Position numbers and translations under genes: made by a program
Part shown: one piece after another, positions 10,048 through 22,075 of the stretch
Layout: every line of letters begins with the position of its first letter
Position numbering within the stretch: the first letter of the stretch is position 1
Notes under the pieces: model-generated
The model's database searches: none
Told to the model about the DNA's origin: nothing
The model's input: only the letters and a program-made list of their open reading frames with translations
Source: Alphaproteobacteria bacterium
GTDB lineage: Bacteria; Pseudomonadota; Alphaproteobacteria; SP197
Direction of reading: 5' to 3'
NCBI GenBank assembly: GCA_964291265.2
Contig: OZ219747.1
Location: 3,680,001-3,744,000 of the forward strand
Length of the DNA: 64,000 bases

Positions 10048-10152
10048 CTGTTTGCTGTGAAACATTTCTGATCCCTGCGACGCCTCTTGTTGAACAGGGC
10101 GCGAGCGACCTGTCGGTCAGGCGCATGCCTGACCGCCGTGTGGTGGTGCTGG

Positions 10153-10234
10153 CTGACGCCTGTTGACGAACCTTGGACCTTTACGGCTGTCCCGCGTCCA
10201 TGGCCATCAAGGGTCTGGTTCGTTCAGGCGTCAG
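10153..10234. repeat. Long imperfect inverted repeat / hairpin
   Basis: CTGACGCCTG/CAGGCGTCAG, ACGAACC/GGTTCGT, GACCTTT/AAGGGTC nested stems. Confidence 0.7.
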
Positions 10235-10805
10235 GACATCGTCGAAATGCAAGCGTCCTCGTCACCCACCTCCACCTGCTCGCATGATCGTGCACCAATG
10301 CACCAATACGCCGGATCAACGCACTTGTCCAACGGCCACAACAGGCTCACGTTTCATGGCGCGGGGTGAGCAGGCACGCCGATGTTCATGACTGTTTGGA
10401 AGGTTCCACCGAGGGAAACCGGCAGCTTCGAGGCCGGACGGGATGTTTCGCACATGACTTCGCATACACGAAACCAGCCAGGCCAACCGGAAAGCGCCTT
10501 TTTCAGCGAGGCACCGGGCGCCCCGTTGAAGAATGAGGCCTGGTCCCGGGGTGCCGTGCATCCTGACACGGGTACTGTCTATCTCCTGGTCTGGGCAGGC
10601 GAGATCCGGATCGTCGACGGCATCCGTCACGTCCGCCTCGGAACCCGTTTGAAGCCAGGACGATCTCCGAAGCGTCCGGGCTGCCGAGAGCGGCTGGGTG
10701 CGGCAGAACGATGACGGACTCCCGCGGACCGAGTAAGCTGGAAAGGGGACCCGACCCGAAAATGAAGTATCGGGCCAGTCGAATCGGTCGGAGCCTATCG
10801 ATGAG

Positions 10806-11110
10806 ATGGCGGTACGTGTCATGGAGGCGTATCGGCGGGGAAGGGAATGTCTGGCCCGCCTTGAGGCCGTGACCGAAGCGGATATGCAGGATCGTCTGAT
10901 CCTGCCGGTTCTCAAGGGCTGGGCTATTCCGACAACAACACGCGGCGGGAGGTTGCCGATGCCGACAACAAGCCGGACCGCGTTGTCTGGCCAGTCGCGC
11001 TGGACGAAATGAACGGGACGGAACGGCCGGCGCGTTTCCTTGTCGAGGAAAAACGTCTCGAACGGACTTCGACAAGCCGGGTTCGAGCCGCGCCGACACG
11101 CCGGCGCGGC
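10806..11110 (+). pseudogene. PD-(D/E)xK restriction endonuclease N-terminal fragment (HsdR_N / type IIG-like)
   Basis: Across frames: TEADMQDRLILPVLK-LGYS..REVADADNKPDRVVW..FLVEEKRL. Confidence 0.45.
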
Positions 11111-11678
11111 CGGGATCCTGCCCTCCATGCCCGAGCGACAGGGCGGCGTTCGGCCGCTGGCCGCCCGCCTCGGCGCTGCAACCTTCGAGACTGTCGAGCC
11201 GCCCGCGCCGCTCTTCCCGAAAGCGCGGCGGTTCTTGGCCGAAGCGGTATCGACCGCCCGCGAATGCCGCCCATTTGCGTTGCTGAATCGGCGCCCTTGA
11301 CGTCGCTATGCCCGAGGCGGGGCTGATTGCCGATGCAAGACGGCACGATTGGGAACCGGACTTCGTTGTGGGCCAGGGGCCGCCATACAAGCCTTCAGAA
11401 CCCGTCCAGGAGTCGCTGCTTGGGGCCCGGCGCATCCGGATGGCAGCCGTTCCGTTCCGCAACGACGGAAGCACAGGCGGACAGTCCCTTCGCAAGGACG
11501 ATATTGCTTTGTGCGCCCGCGCCTTCGCGCACGGCGACGATCCTCTCGTCCTTTGCGTCTGGATGGGGCATGAGGGCGAAGGCGAGGACTGGAAATGCAT
11601 CCTCAACCGGTGACAATCACCACCAGTCACCGCGTGACCGAACGCTTGCGACGACGAGAAAAGGAGGAGGGCGCCGCC

Positions 11679-13397
11679 ATGAACGTGTCCGACGGATTCA
11701 GGGCGTGGAAGGACAAACACGAAACGCCGGCCTATCACACCATTCCGTCCGCCCTGCCCGAACGGGCCGCCGGAGGTCCGGTGATCAGCGACACCATGGT
11801 GCCCATGCGCGACGGCATCGAACTGGCAACGGACATCTATCTTCCTGCCGGTGACGGCCCCTTCCCGGCCATCCTCACGCGCATGCCCTACGGCAAGACG
11901 GAACCTTACTGTTTCATGCCGGCCATCGCCCGACATTGGGTGCGCATGGGCTATGCAGCCGTGGTCCAGGACGTGCGGGGCAAGTGGGGATCAGGGGGTT
12001 GTTTCGAACCCAATCTTGCCGACAACGAGGTCCCTGACGGCTACGACACCATCACCTGGATCGCCGGCGAAGCATGGTCAGACGGCCGGGTCGGCATGTG
12101 GGGCGAGAGCTATTTCGGTTTTACCAGCTATGCCGGAGCCGTGAGCGGCCATCCGGCCCTGCGGTGCGTTGCGCCCGGCGACATCTCCCTTGATCGCTAT
12201 CGCGCCACCATGCGCTACGGCTGCCTGCAACTGAACACGGTAGGAACCTGGGCGATCTCGATGACCGACCAGACCTACCAGGATCTCTCCCGGCTGGACT
12301 ACTGGCACCTTCCGCTGGCCGACATGGCCAACGCGGCCGGCATTCCGTCGTGCTACTTCGACGAACTCATCGCCAATCCCCTGCCCTCCCGGTTCTGGAA
12401 CCGGCACAGCCTCCTTGCCGGATACGAGAGCATCCACATCCCCGTGCTGCACTGGGGCGGCTGGTACGACAATTACCTCGGTCCCACCATTGCCGACTGG
12501 CGCACCATGGAGAAACACAACCGCGCCGCCGGCAACCAGCATCTCTTCATCGGTCCCTGGGACCACGAGGGCACGGCCGACCGCTGCCACAGGGTCGGCC
12601 TGTTGCCTGTCAACTCCAGCACGGCCGAGGTCAAGTGGGACACCTTCATCACCTTCTTCGACCGCTATCTCAAGGGCGACGAAAACGGGTTCGGCGAGAC
12701 CGGCATCATTCGCTACTATGTCATGGGTCGGGACATCTGGCGTGATGCCGGGTCATGGCCGCCCCGGGAGTGCCGGGAACAGCGGTTCTACCTGAGGTCT
12801 ACCGACTCCCTGCGTCTTGCCCACGATCCTCCCGGCAGCGAACCGGCGACGAGCTTTCGCTACGACCCCGCCGATCCGGTCGCCGAGACACTGGCCTACG
12901 ACTGCTGGTCCCTGGCGGGGCAGATGGGAGACCGGCGCGAGATCCACGAACGTCAGGATGTTCTCGTCTACGTGACGGAACCATTCGCCGACGAACTGGA
13001 ACTGACAGGTCCCATCTCGGCTCACATCTTCTTCTCCAGCAGTGCGGTGGATACGGATGTCACTGTGGCACTCGCCGATGTGGCCGAAGACGGCAGCGCC
13101 AATCTCATACAGGACGGCATCCTGCGTTGCCGATTCCGCAACGGGACAGAACGGGAGGAGCTGATGGTGCCGGGAGAAGTCCAGGAGCTCGACATCGACC
13201 TCTGGTCAACCAGTTATGCGCTCGCTCCCGGACACCGTCTCGCCGTCGAGATCTCGTCCAGCAACTTCAACCGCTACGACCGCAATCTCAACACCGGCGA
13301 ACCGTTCGGTCAGGGCGCCACCCCCGTCGTCGCAACGCAGACTGTCTTCCACGATACCTGCCGGGCCTCCTGCATCACCGTGACCGTCCACGCCTGA
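11679..13397 (+). CDS. CocE/NonD family serine hydrolase
   Basis: MVPMRDGIELATDIY, RMPYGK, QDVRGKWGSGG, GMWGESY, GGWYD, GPWDH, ISSSNFNRYDRNLNTG; GGAGG RBS. Confidence 0.9.
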   Translation: MNVSDGFRAWKDKHETPAYHTIPSALPERAAGGPVISDTMVPMRDGIELATDIYLPAGDGPFPAILTRMPYGKTEPYCFMPAIARHWVRMGYAAVVQDVRGKWGSGGCFEPNLADNEVPDGYDTITWIAGEAWSDGRVGMWGESYFGFTSYAGAVSGHPALRCVAPGDISLDRYRATMRYGCLQLNTVGTWAISMTDQTYQDLSRLDYWHLPLADMANAAGIPSCYFDELIANPLPSRFWNRHSLLAGYESIHIPVLHWGGWYDNYLGPTIADWRTMEKHNRAAGNQHLFIGPWDHEGTADRCHRVGLLPVNSSTAEVKWDTFITFFDRYLKGDENGFGETGIIRYYVMGRDIWRDAGSWPPRECREQRFYLRSTDSLRLAHDPPGSEPATSFRYDPADPVAETLAYDCWSLAGQMGDRREIHERQDVLVYVTEPFADELELTGPISAHIFFSSSAVDTDVTVALADVAEDGSANLIQDGILRCRFRNGTEREELMVPGEVQELDIDLWSTSYALAPGHRLAVEISSSNFNRYDRNLNTGEPFGQGATPVVATQTVFHDTCRASCITVTVHA

Positions 13398-13558
13398 GTC
13401 CCTCCAGCTGGAGATGACGGCAGGCAGTTCGTGGTCAGGGGTGGCGATCAACGCGCCGCCCCATCGAAGCGGCCGCAGGGACAAGCATCGTGACAGGCGC
13501 CCTGTTCCGTCGTGATCGTCGGCATTCCGGCACCGGTCAGCCGCTTCGAGGCTGCCGG

Positions 13559-14749
13559 TCAGGATACCGTGTCGCTTGTGAGCCTGCTGGCTACCCACCA
13601 GGCGACATGGCGATTGTGCTGTTCGTGACGGGAAAGCGGCCCAGGCGAGGCCCGACCACTATCAAGGGCCTTCTGGATCGCCGCATTGGCGGGGGTATCT
13701 TCGTCGTTGAAGCGGTGGAAGAACCTCTCGAAACGATCAAGCCGCGCCTCGAAGTCCGTCAGAAGGCGGGCGCTTTCCGGGACCAGAAGATCGACCTCCA
13801 TGTGTGAACGGCCGACATCGAGCGGAAGAAAGCGGATCATGATGCCACAGTCGGGCTGCAGGTAGATGAGGTAGTTCGGCAGGACGTAGAACAGTACGAA
13901 GTGAGTGCGGTGGAATGTGTCGAGGTCATCGAGCGGCTCGAAGTAGCACCCTGGCATGACCCTGATCCCGTCGGCCAGAGTCTCAAGACTTTCCTCGCGC
14001 GCCGGACTCCACTGCAGTATCCAGTCGTCGCCACAGGTCGTACCGGCTCTGTCTCCAGGGAAGACGGTCTGGAAGGTCTCGGGGTGCAACCCTTCGTGGT
14101 GGTAGCATTCGCCGTTGTCCTGCATCACCTTCCAGCCCCAGGGAACCTCTCCGAGGTTCAGGGTGCGTGCGGTGAACCAGCTGTCGAGACCGTAGGGACG
14201 GAGCGTCTCCTCGAGACCCGCCAGGCGAGGTGCGAGAGAACCGGCGCGACCATCGAGATTGACGAAAACGAACCCGTGCCAGACCTCGAAGGAGAGTTCT
14301 TCCAGGCGGGTGGCCGCAGCATCGAATTCGGGATGGGATTCCATGCCCGGCGCCCGGCGCAGACATCCGTCGAGGCCGTAGACCCAGGCGTGATAGGGGC
14401 AGGTGATGATGGCCTTGCGCCCCTTCCCCTCAAGGACCTTCATCCAACGGTGACGGCAGATGTTCGCAAAGATCCTGAGACACCCCTTGTGGTCTCGGAC
14501 CATGGCGACCGGTGTGCCGACGATTTCGCGGGCAACGTAACTGCCCGGTTCGCGGACTTCGTCGGCCCGGCCGACAGCGATCCATCCCGCCCGAAAGATC
14601 CTCTCGACTTCAAGGGCATGGATGTCCGGATTGCAGTACGCATCCGCCGGTAGCGTCATCCATCCGGCGTTGCCGTCTGCCGCCATGGCGGACATAGCCC
14701 CGAGAGTGGCGGCCGTTCTGGCTGCCTGAGTGCCTTGGTAACCCTGCAT
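13559..14749 (-). CDS. Rieske non-heme iron oxygenase alpha subunit (choline/carnitine monooxygenase-like)
   Basis: NICRHR..CPYHAWVYGLDG Rieske motif, WKVMQDNGECYHHEGLHP, FNDED; start uncertain. Confidence 0.85.
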   Translation of the reverse strand: MQGYQGTQAARTAATLGAMSAMAADGNAGWMTLPADAYCNPDIHALEVERIFRAGWIAVGRADEVREPGSYVAREIVGTPVAMVRDHKGCLRIFANICRHRWMKVLEGKGRKAIITCPYHAWVYGLDGCLRRAPGMESHPEFDAAATRLEELSFEVWHGFVFVNLDGRAGSLAPRLAGLEETLRPYGLDSWFTARTLNLGEVPWGWKVMQDNGECYHHEGLHPETFQTVFPGDRAGTTCGDDWILQWSPAREESLETLADGIRVMPGCYFEPLDDLDTFHRTHFVLFYVLPNYLIYLQPDCGIMIRFLPLDVGRSHMEVDLLVPESARLLTDFEARLDRFERFFHRFNDEDTPANAAIQKALDSGRASPGPLSRHEQHNRHVAWWVASRLTSDTVS

Positions 14750-15000
14750 TCCTTCCTCCGCGCCGATTATGGCGGGAACGGACCGTCGCGACAATCCCCG
14801 GAGCGCGTGGCCGCCACCTCCCTGATGTTGCCCCACTCTCGAGAACGAACCGGAATCCTCGCCGACGCGTGAAGCGGATGACGACACGGACTTCGCAAAC
14901 ATGAGAGAACGCCTCCTCGGTGTCGGGCTGGCAGTGACGTGGTAGGGTTCGGCGCCCGAACACGGCGAAACGCACACTGTTTCGACCCATGGAGACCGCG

Positions 15001-15788
15001 ATGGACCTCACCGTACTCGATCGCACAGCCGATGCCGGCGCCGCCGCGAACATCCTGCAACGTGGCGGTACCGTTGCCGTGGAGGACCTTGCCCTTGTTG
15101 GGCCTGGCAGACATCAGCGAACTGCGGTCCCGGCTCGATGCCGTCACGCAGCGCCTTCAACCGGGACCCGACGCACCTCTGCGCTGGCGTGTTGTTCATG
15201 GCGTCGGGTGCGATCGAATTCGCGGACCACGACCCTGTCGACGCCGTCGCCGACCGGATCAGCAGCCTGAGGACGATCGAGACCATGCCGGGTGAGACGA
15301 ACCGGGCGCTGCACCGTGACGACACGGTCCACTCCATGGGCATCGTCGGCATGGAGCCGGTCCTCGGCGTCGTGCGGTCCCTGAGCGACTTCACGAGGGA
15401 GAGCGGCGGGACCCGGGTAACTCCCGGCAGCCACCGCTGCATGCGCGCGTGGCATCTGCCGGACATATTCCGCTGGGCCCTTGCCGGAATGCAGAAGGGC
15501 TTGAGCGCTCTTCTGCCTGGGCTTGACATGGCGCGGCGCGGCTGCGCCGGCTGGCTTCGCCCCGAGGAAAACCCGTACCTGACCACTCCACCCGGGATTG
15601 CCGTCCGTCATGGACCCCGCCTGCGGTCGCCGATGGATCAGGCGACCCACGGCTTCGGTGACGACCGGTGCGGCGGCCACCGAGACGTCTGTCCTGCGTG
15701 GACCAGCACACCACCGGAGCCCTCCCGGCGGGCCATCCGCAGCAGAGTGCGTGCCATGGAGGGCGCCAGGGTCGAGGGCGGAGGATGA
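15001..15788 (+). pseudogene. Phytanoyl-CoA dioxygenase (PhyH) family, fragmented
   Basis: LHRDD, LSDFTRESGGTRVTPGSH, GWLRPEENPYL; N-terminus in a different frame, internal deletions. Confidence 0.65.
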
Positions 15789-15915
15789 CGCCGCCGTTGC
15801 CGATGTCGCGGGAAAGCGCCCGGACAGCGACACCCGTTCCTGCCGGTGTTTCAACAGTGCGGCGCCTGAGGTGGACGCATGGACTGTCACGTTCAGGGAG
15901 CTGATGGAGGAGATC

Positions 15916-16728
15916 GTGGACGAAGAACTCTATGACGACAGCTACATCACCTTTCTCGAGGAGGTGTGGGGGAGCGGATATCTCTCCCCCGGGGGACCTG
16001 GCGAGGTCACGCGCATCCTTGAGGGTCTCGACCTGAACGGTGCCCGTGTTCTCGACATCGGTTGCGGATCAGGCGGCATCACGCTCTCGCTGGCGCTCGA
16101 TCACGGCGCGGCCCGCGTCACCGGCATCGACGTCGAGGAACCGGCCTGCAATGCGGCGCGTGAGCGGGCGCGCGAGGCCGGAGCAGCCGACCGGGTGACG
16201 ATACGTCAGGTGGAACCCGGCCCGTTCGAGTTTGCCGACCGGAGCTTTGATGTCGTCTTTTCGAAGGATGCCATCATTCATGTTGCGGACAAGGACATGC
16301 TTGCCCGCGAGGTCTTCCGTGTCCTGGAACCCGGCGGCTGGTTTGCTGCCTCGGACTGGCTGATATCCCACGACAACGCTGCGAGCCCTGCGATGGCACG
16401 CTACATCGAACTCGAGGGGCTCGACTTCTCCATGGCTTCTCCGGACCGCTACGAGGCCGCCCTCAGGGGCGCAGGACTCGTGAACGTGAGCCTGACCAAC
16501 CGCAATCCGTGGTACAGGGACGTGAGCCGCAACGAACTCGACTTTCTGACAGGGGCGGCACGCGCCGGCCTGGCGAGCAGATATGGCAAGGAGTTCGTCG
16601 ACCACCAGGTCGCGACCTGGAGGGCCATGGTAGCGGTTCTCGGGACAGGAGAACACTGTCCCCACCATCTGCGTGGCCAGCGCCCGCACCAAGCCCCCAT
16701 GAGCACAAGCCGGGAGCACGACCTGTGA
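15916..16728 (+). CDS. SAM-dependent N-methyltransferase (phosphoethanolamine / sarcosine-DMG NMT-like)
   Basis: [48 protein letters not shown]. Confidence 0.85.
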   Translation: MDEELYDDSYITFLEEVWGSGYLSPGGPGEVTRILEGLDLNGARVLDIGCGSGGITLSLALDHGAARVTGIDVEEPACNAARERAREAGAADRVTIRQVEPGPFEFADRSFDVVFSKDAIIHVADKDMLAREVFRVLEPGGWFAASDWLISHDNAASPAMARYIELEGLDFSMASPDRYEAALRGAGLVNVSLTNRNPWYRDVSRNELDFLTGAARAGLASRYGKEFVDHQVATWRAMVAVLGTGEHCPHHLRGQRPHQAPMSTSREHDL

Positions 16729-18806
16729 CACGCGATCCCCGTTACGACATCCTGTTCGAACCACTCGGCATAGGTCCGGTCACCGCGCCCAACAGGTTCT
16801 ACCAGGTGCCCCACTGCAACGGCATGGGCCGGGTCTATCCCAACGCCATGATCGGCATGCGGGGGGCGAAGGCTGAAGGAGGCTGGGGGATCGTCTGCAC
16901 CGAACAGTGTGACTTTCTGGCAAGCGGGGACGCCTCGCCCTACGCCGAGACGAACATGTGGGACGCCAGCGACGAAGTCTATCTGGGCCGCATGGCCGAG
17001 GAGGTGCACCGCTACGGGAGCCTCGCCGGCATCGAACTCGTCCACAACGGTCACGACACTCCGAATCTATACAGCCGGGAGACCCCGATCGGCCCGATGC
17101 ACCGGCCGGCGAACTGGAGCTTTGCGCCGATCCAGGCGCGCGCCATGGATCTCGCGGATATCCGGGAATATCGCCGCGCCCACAGGCAGGCCGCCATGCG
17201 GGCGCGCGACATCGGGTTCGACATTGTCATCGTCTATGCCGGGCACGACGGAACGGTACCGAGCCACTTTCTGGCACGGCGCCACAACCAGCGGACCGAC
17301 GAATATGGGGGCAGTCTCGAGAACAGGTTGCGCCTGTTCCGCGAACTGCTCGAGGAGGCACGCGAGGCGGTCGGCGACACCACTGGAGTCGTGGTGCGCT
17401 TCGCCGTGGACGAACTGATGGGACCGGACGGCCTCGAGTGGCACGCAGAGGGTCGCGAGGCGGTCGAGATGATGGCCGAGCTTCCGGACCTGTGGGATGT
17501 CAACGTCAGCGACTGGACGAACGATTCGAAGACCTCGCGGTTCGCCCCGGAGGGCTACCAGGAAGACTATGTCGCCTTCGTGAAGCAGACGACCACCAAG
17601 CCGGTTTCCACGGTCGGACGCTACACCTCGCCCGACGCCATGGTCTCGGCGATCCGTCGCGGCATCGTCGATCTGATCGGCGCCGCACGACCGTCGATTG
17701 CCGATCCCTTTCTGCCGAAGAAGGTCGAGGAAGGCCGGCTTGAGGACATCCGCGAGTGCATCGGCTGCAATGTCTGCATCGGCTGGACCCAGATGACGGC
17801 GCCGGCACGCTGCACCCAGAATCCGACGTTCGGAGAGGAATGGCGCAAGGACTGGCATCCGGAAACCCTGCCACCCGCAGAAAAGGATGCTCACCTGCTC
17901 GTCGTCGGCGCCGGACCCGCCGGGCTCGAGGCCGCGCGTGCGGCCGGACTGCGGGGATTCCGTGTCACACTGGCCGAAGCGCAGGAAGAACTCGGCGGAC
18001 GAGTCACCCTTGAGAGCCGGCTCCCCGGTCTCGCGGCCTGGGCACGCGTGCGCGACTATCGGATGAGCCAGATCCAGCGCATGCCCAATGTGGACGTCTA
18101 CCGCTCGAGCCGCCTCGACGCAGACCAGATTCTCGAACTTGGAGCCGATCACGTGGCGATTGCGACCGGCGCCACATGGCGGCGCGACGGTTGCGGCCGC
18201 CGCTTCACCTCGGCTGTTCCCGGGAGTGACGCGGCGCACGTCCTCACGCCCGACGACGTACTGGCGGGGCGCCGGCCCACCGGACGCAGGGTGCTGCTGT
18301 TCGACGACGACCACTACTACATGGCCAGCGTGCTCGCAGAACTGTTGAGCGCGGAAGGCTACGACGTAAGCCTGGTGACGCCGACGGCGACGATCGCGGC
18401 CTGGCTCGTCCACACACTGGAACACGAGGCCAACCAGGAGCGCCTTCATGATGCCTGCGTGAACCTCCATGCCAACACGACCCTTCTCGCCGTGGAGACC
18501 GATCAGGCGTTGTTGCATGACGGCTTGCGGAATCGCGAGATGGCGCTGCCGGTCGATGGCGTCATCATGGTCACCGCGCGACTGCCGGAAGACGGCCTCT
18601 ACCATGATGTGGTGCAGGCGCTCGGCGGCAGATCCGATGCCGGCATCCGCACCCTGCGACGGGTAGGCGATTGTCAGGCGCCGGGCATCATCGCGACCGC
18701 GGTCTACGAGGGCCATCGCTATGCCCGCGAACTCGGCGCCGACATCGATCCCCGCGACGTGCCATTCCGCCGCGAACTGCATGTCATAGAACCGGCCATG
18801 ACCTGA
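16725..18806 (+). CDS. Trimethylamine/histamine dehydrogenase-like FMN/4Fe-4S oxidoreductase
   Basis: [22 protein letters not shown] (cysteinyl-FMN), [31 protein letters not shown]; GTGA overlap with methyltransferase. Confidence 0.88.
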   Translation: MTRDPRYDILFEPLGIGPVTAPNRFYQVPHCNGMGRVYPNAMIGMRGAKAEGGWGIVCTEQCDFLASGDASPYAETNMWDASDEVYLGRMAEEVHRYGSLAGIELVHNGHDTPNLYSRETPIGPMHRPANWSFAPIQARAMDLADIREYRRAHRQAAMRARDIGFDIVIVYAGHDGTVPSHFLARRHNQRTDEYGGSLENRLRLFRELLEEAREAVGDTTGVVVRFAVDELMGPDGLEWHAEGREAVEMMAELPDLWDVNVSDWTNDSKTSRFAPEGYQEDYVAFVKQTTTKPVSTVGRYTSPDAMVSAIRRGIVDLIGAARPSIADPFLPKKVEEGRLEDIRECIGCNVCIGWTQMTAPARCTQNPTFGEEWRKDWHPETLPPAEKDAHLLVVGAGPAGLEAARAAGLRGFRVTLAEAQEELGGRVTLESRLPGLAAWARVRDYRMSQIQRMPNVDVYRSSRLDADQILELGADHVAIATGATWRRDGCGRRFTSAVPGSDAAHVLTPDDVLAGRRPTGRRVLLFDDDHYYMASVLAELLSAEGYDVSLVTPTATIAAWLVHTLEHEANQERLHDACVNLHANTTLLAVETDQALLHDGLRNREMALPVDGVIMVTARLPEDGLYHDVVQALGGRSDAGIRTLRRVGDCQAPGIIATAVYEGHRYARELGADIDPRDVPFRRELHVIEPAMT

Positions 18807-19496
18807 AGGAGGTGGGGAACCAGTACTCCGGTGGAGACGCCCTCGCGCCGCGATCGCCTGCCCTCCGCCAGGCGTCAACCTGCACCTCCCGTCAGTTCTG
18901 GCGCGCAGTGCGCACGGGCGCAGGCATCGCGGTGTCCATTGTCATGACACTTCCTTCGCGGCAACGTGCGCCAGGTCCTGCAGCGCATCACCGCACGCCT
19001 GACGCAGATCACAACCGGCGGGGGCTTCGTGTTGATCACTGTCCATGCGCTGTCAACAGCCAAGCACAAGCCCCGGCCCTTCAGCCATGAACCGCGCAGA
19101 GCCTGGACGCATTCTTCCGATGCCGGACCCAGGCCAAGGGTCTCGAGCAGGCGCTCACAGACCAGCGCGGCGGTGGCCAGTCGCCAACAGCCCTGACACA
19201 TCGTCTGGTCGCCCGGCGGCGCGTCATGCCTGCGGTTCAGAGACCCGCCGAGGATCGCCACCGGCTTCATCGCCACGCCAGATGCGCCCACCGCGCGCTT
19301 GTCGCAGGACTCCATGCCGCATTCGGCTGATGTACCGCATCGCCGGCGACAATGGGCCGGGTCGAGGCAACGGGCGCACATTGGGCATCGGGTGGAACGC
19401 TCGATTCCGGGAGAGTGCCATGGCGGACAGGCATACGGTCCGGGACGCTCATGCGGGAAGTCGCAAGGAGAGGGTCACGACCTGCGCCGCACCCAC

Positions 19497-20390
19497 TCAT
19501 GGAGTGGCGGGCATCCGGTCGAGACGCCGCGCCACAGCCCGCCTTGCGGCGCGTTCGGCCCTGAGAATGCCGTCGATGAGCGTATGGGTCAGGGGATCGG
19601 CAATGGCATCGAGCATCGCCAGTCCGGCCCTGAGTTCGGCGATGATGACGTCATGGATATCGCGGGCTGTCCTCTCGGCGGCCGCAGGCCCGCTTCCCAT
19701 GATGATGCGTCCATGACAGCGATGGTCCGGCAGACCGCCAAGATCGAGAAGTCGTTCGAGGAGCGCCTCGGCCCGCGCCATGGCCTCGAGGGCCGCACCC
19801 AGCTCACGTTCCGCGTCCTCTCTTCTGCCGGCGCAGCCGAAGACGAGACTGTGCAGGAAGATCTGGCTGACGGCGGAGACCTGCGGGCGAAGGGCCCTGT
19901 TGAGCGCCTCGACCGCCAGCGGCAGGGCACCCGGCTTGGGCAACAGGTGCTTGGCATGACGCGTGCCTTCAGGTGGCTCCTTGCACCATGCGCGGAGTCG
20001 TGCCGCGTGGGCCTCTTCGCTGGCCACAGTCTCCTTCATCAGCGTCCGCATGGCGCCGTCAGGAAACGTCGCCGCAGCTTTCGAGGCACTCCTGGCACAA
20101 CGTTCCGCCTGGACGGCGTCGGCGACGAGCACCGCCCCGGCATCGCGTCCGACCACAATGTCCGACGCCGGCTTGTCGTCCGGGCGGATGCCCTGCGCCG
20201 CCATGGCCTCGACCAGGGATGACGCCTGGCGCATCTGCCGCATCCAGTGATCGTTGGACTTCATGGCCTTCGAGTGACCCCAGGCCCTCAGCATGCGGGA
20301 ATGGAAGAACGACTGGTTGATGGAGTCGATCAGGACGGAAAGGACGGCGCCTGACGCCTTCGCGGTACCGCAGGTCTGTCTTGCCGTCAC
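19497..20390 (-). CDS. Tandem two-domain bacterioferritin-like protein
   Basis: [19 protein letters not shown] and [22 protein letters not shown] resemble Bfr INQYFLHARMFKNWG / ERILFLEGLP; start overlaps glnS stop. Confidence 0.7.
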   Translation of the reverse strand: MTARQTCGTAKASGAVLSVLIDSINQSFFHSRMLRAWGHSKAMKSNDHWMRQMRQASSLVEAMAAQGIRPDDKPASDIVVGRDAGAVLVADAVQAERCARSASKAAATFPDGAMRTLMKETVASEEAHAARLRAWCKEPPEGTRHAKHLLPKPGALPLAVEALNRALRPQVSAVSQIFLHSLVFGCAGRREDAERELGAALEAMARAEALLERLLDLGGLPDHRCHGRIIMGSGPAAAERTARDIHDVIIAELRAGLAMLDAIADPLTHTLIDGILRAERAARRAVARRLDRMPATP

Positions 20391-22075
20391 GGCGTGTTGC
20401 GTCGAACGCGCGCCCAGCTGTCGCGCAGACCGATCGTGCGATTGAACACCGGGCGCATGCCGGTTGAGTCGGCATCGACACAGAAGTAGCCCTGGCGTTC
20501 GAACTGCAGGACGTCTCCGGGCGCAGCATCGAGAACGGCGGGTTCAACACGGCAGTCATCGAGGACAACACGGGATTCCGGATTGAGGTCGGCGACGATG
20601 TCGCCACCACTGCCCGGTGTCTCGGTCGTGAAGAGACGATCATAGAGACGGACTTGGGCGCCGACGGCGTGATCGGCCGAGACCCAGTGAAGGGTGCCCC
20701 TGACCTTGCGCCCGTCGGGAGAGCCGCCACCCCTGGTATCCGGATCGTGGGTGCAGCGGAGTTCCACGATGTCGTCTGCTGCATCCTTCACGACTTCCCG
20801 GCAGGTGATGAAGTAGCCGTGGCGCAGGCGGACCTCCCGGCCCGGGGCCAGGCGGAAGAACTTGCGCGGCGGATCCTCCATGAAATCGTCGCGTTCGATC
20901 CAGAGGGTGCGGGCGAAGAGCAACGGGCGGCGCCCCGCCTCTTCGTCCTCGGGGTTGTTGATCGCCTCGAGTTCGTCGGTCTGATCCTCCGGCCACGTCT
21001 CGATCACCACTTTCAACGGCCGCAGCACCGCCATGCGGCGCAATGCGGTGCGGTTGAGATGGGCACGCACACAGTTGTCCAGCATGGCCGGGGCGACGAG
21101 ATTGTCCGCCCGAGAAATCCCGACCCTCGAAATGAACTCGCGGACCGCCTGCGGCGGAATGCCCCGACGTCTCATGCCGCGCAGCGTCGGCATCCTGGGA
21201 TCGTCCCATCCGTCGACATGACCGTCGCGGACAAGGTCGATGAGCACCCGCTTGGACAACACCGTCGAGGCTAGGTTGAGCCTGGCGAACTCGTACTGGC
21301 GGGGTACCCGGGGTACCGGCAGATGGTCGATCAACCAGTCGTAGAGCGGCCGGTGATCCTCGAACTCGAGGGTGCACAGTGAATGGGTCACGCCCTCGAT
21401 GGCATCCGACTGACCGTGCGCGTAGTCATAGGTCGGATAGATGCACCATGTCGTGCCGGTGCGAGGATGGTGCGCGTGAAGAATGCGGTAGAGCACCGGA
21501 TCGCGCATGTTCATGTTGCCCGAGGCCATGTCGATCTTCGCCCGCAGCACGTGCGCGCCATCGGGAAACTCACCGGCCCGCATGCGTCGGAAGAGATCGA
21601 GACTCTCATCGGGCGGACGGTTTCGCCAGGGACTCTCGCGGCCCGGTGCATTCCATGTGCCGCGGGCCTCGCGCATGTCGTCGACCGTTTGGGAATCGAC
21701 AAAGGCATCATCATTGCGGATCAGATGTTCGGCCCAGGCATAGAGCTGCTCGAAGTGGTCCGAAGCGAAATAGAGATGTTCTCCCCACTCGAAGCCGAGC
21801 CAGCGGACATCCTCCTGGATGGCCTCGATGTACTCCTGCTCCTCCCGTACCGGATTGGTGTCATCGAACCTCAGATGACAGCGTCCGGCAAACTCCCCGC
21901 CTATGCCGAAGTTGAGGCACATCGACTTGGCGTGGCCAATGTGGAGGTACCCATTGGGTTCCGGAGGAAACCGCGTGACGACAGTACCGACACGGCCGGC
22001 TGCGACATCGTCGGCGACGATCGCGCGAATGAAGTCATGAGCCCCACCTGGTGCGGGGCTCTCCTCGGCACTCAT
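20387..22075 (-). CDS. glnS: Glutamine--tRNA ligase
   Basis: [58 protein letters not shown]. Confidence 0.95.
   Translation of the reverse strand: MSAEESPAPGGAHDFIRAIVADDVAAGRVGTVVTRFPPEPNGYLHIGHAKSMCLNFGIGGEFAGRCHLRFDDTNPVREEQEYIEAIQEDVRWLGFEWGEHLYFASDHFEQLYAWAEHLIRNDDAFVDSQTVDDMREARGTWNAPGRESPWRNRPPDESLDLFRRMRAGEFPDGAHVLRAKIDMASGNMNMRDPVLYRILHAHHPRTGTTWCIYPTYDYAHGQSDAIEGVTHSLCTLEFEDHRPLYDWLIDHLPVPRVPRQYEFARLNLASTVLSKRVLIDLVRDGHVDGWDDPRMPTLRGMRRRGIPPQAVREFISRVGISRADNLVAPAMLDNCVRAHLNRTALRRMAVLRPLKVVIETWPEDQTDELEAINNPEDEEAGRRPLLFARTLWIERDDFMEDPPRKFFRLAPGREVRLRHGYFITCREVVKDAADDIVELRCTHDPDTRGGGSPDGRKVRGTLHWVSADHAVGAQVRLYDRLFTTETPGSGGDIVADLNPESRVVLDDCRVEPAVLDAAPGDVLQFERQGYFCVDADSTGMRPVFNRTIGLRDSWARVRRNTP

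Noticed and set aside
18875-19500. Cys-rich minus-strand ORFs downstream of the bacterioferritin-like gene (possible Bfd ferredoxin)
   Set aside because: No CxC..CxxC Bfd pattern or coding-like composition; probably spurious or degraded
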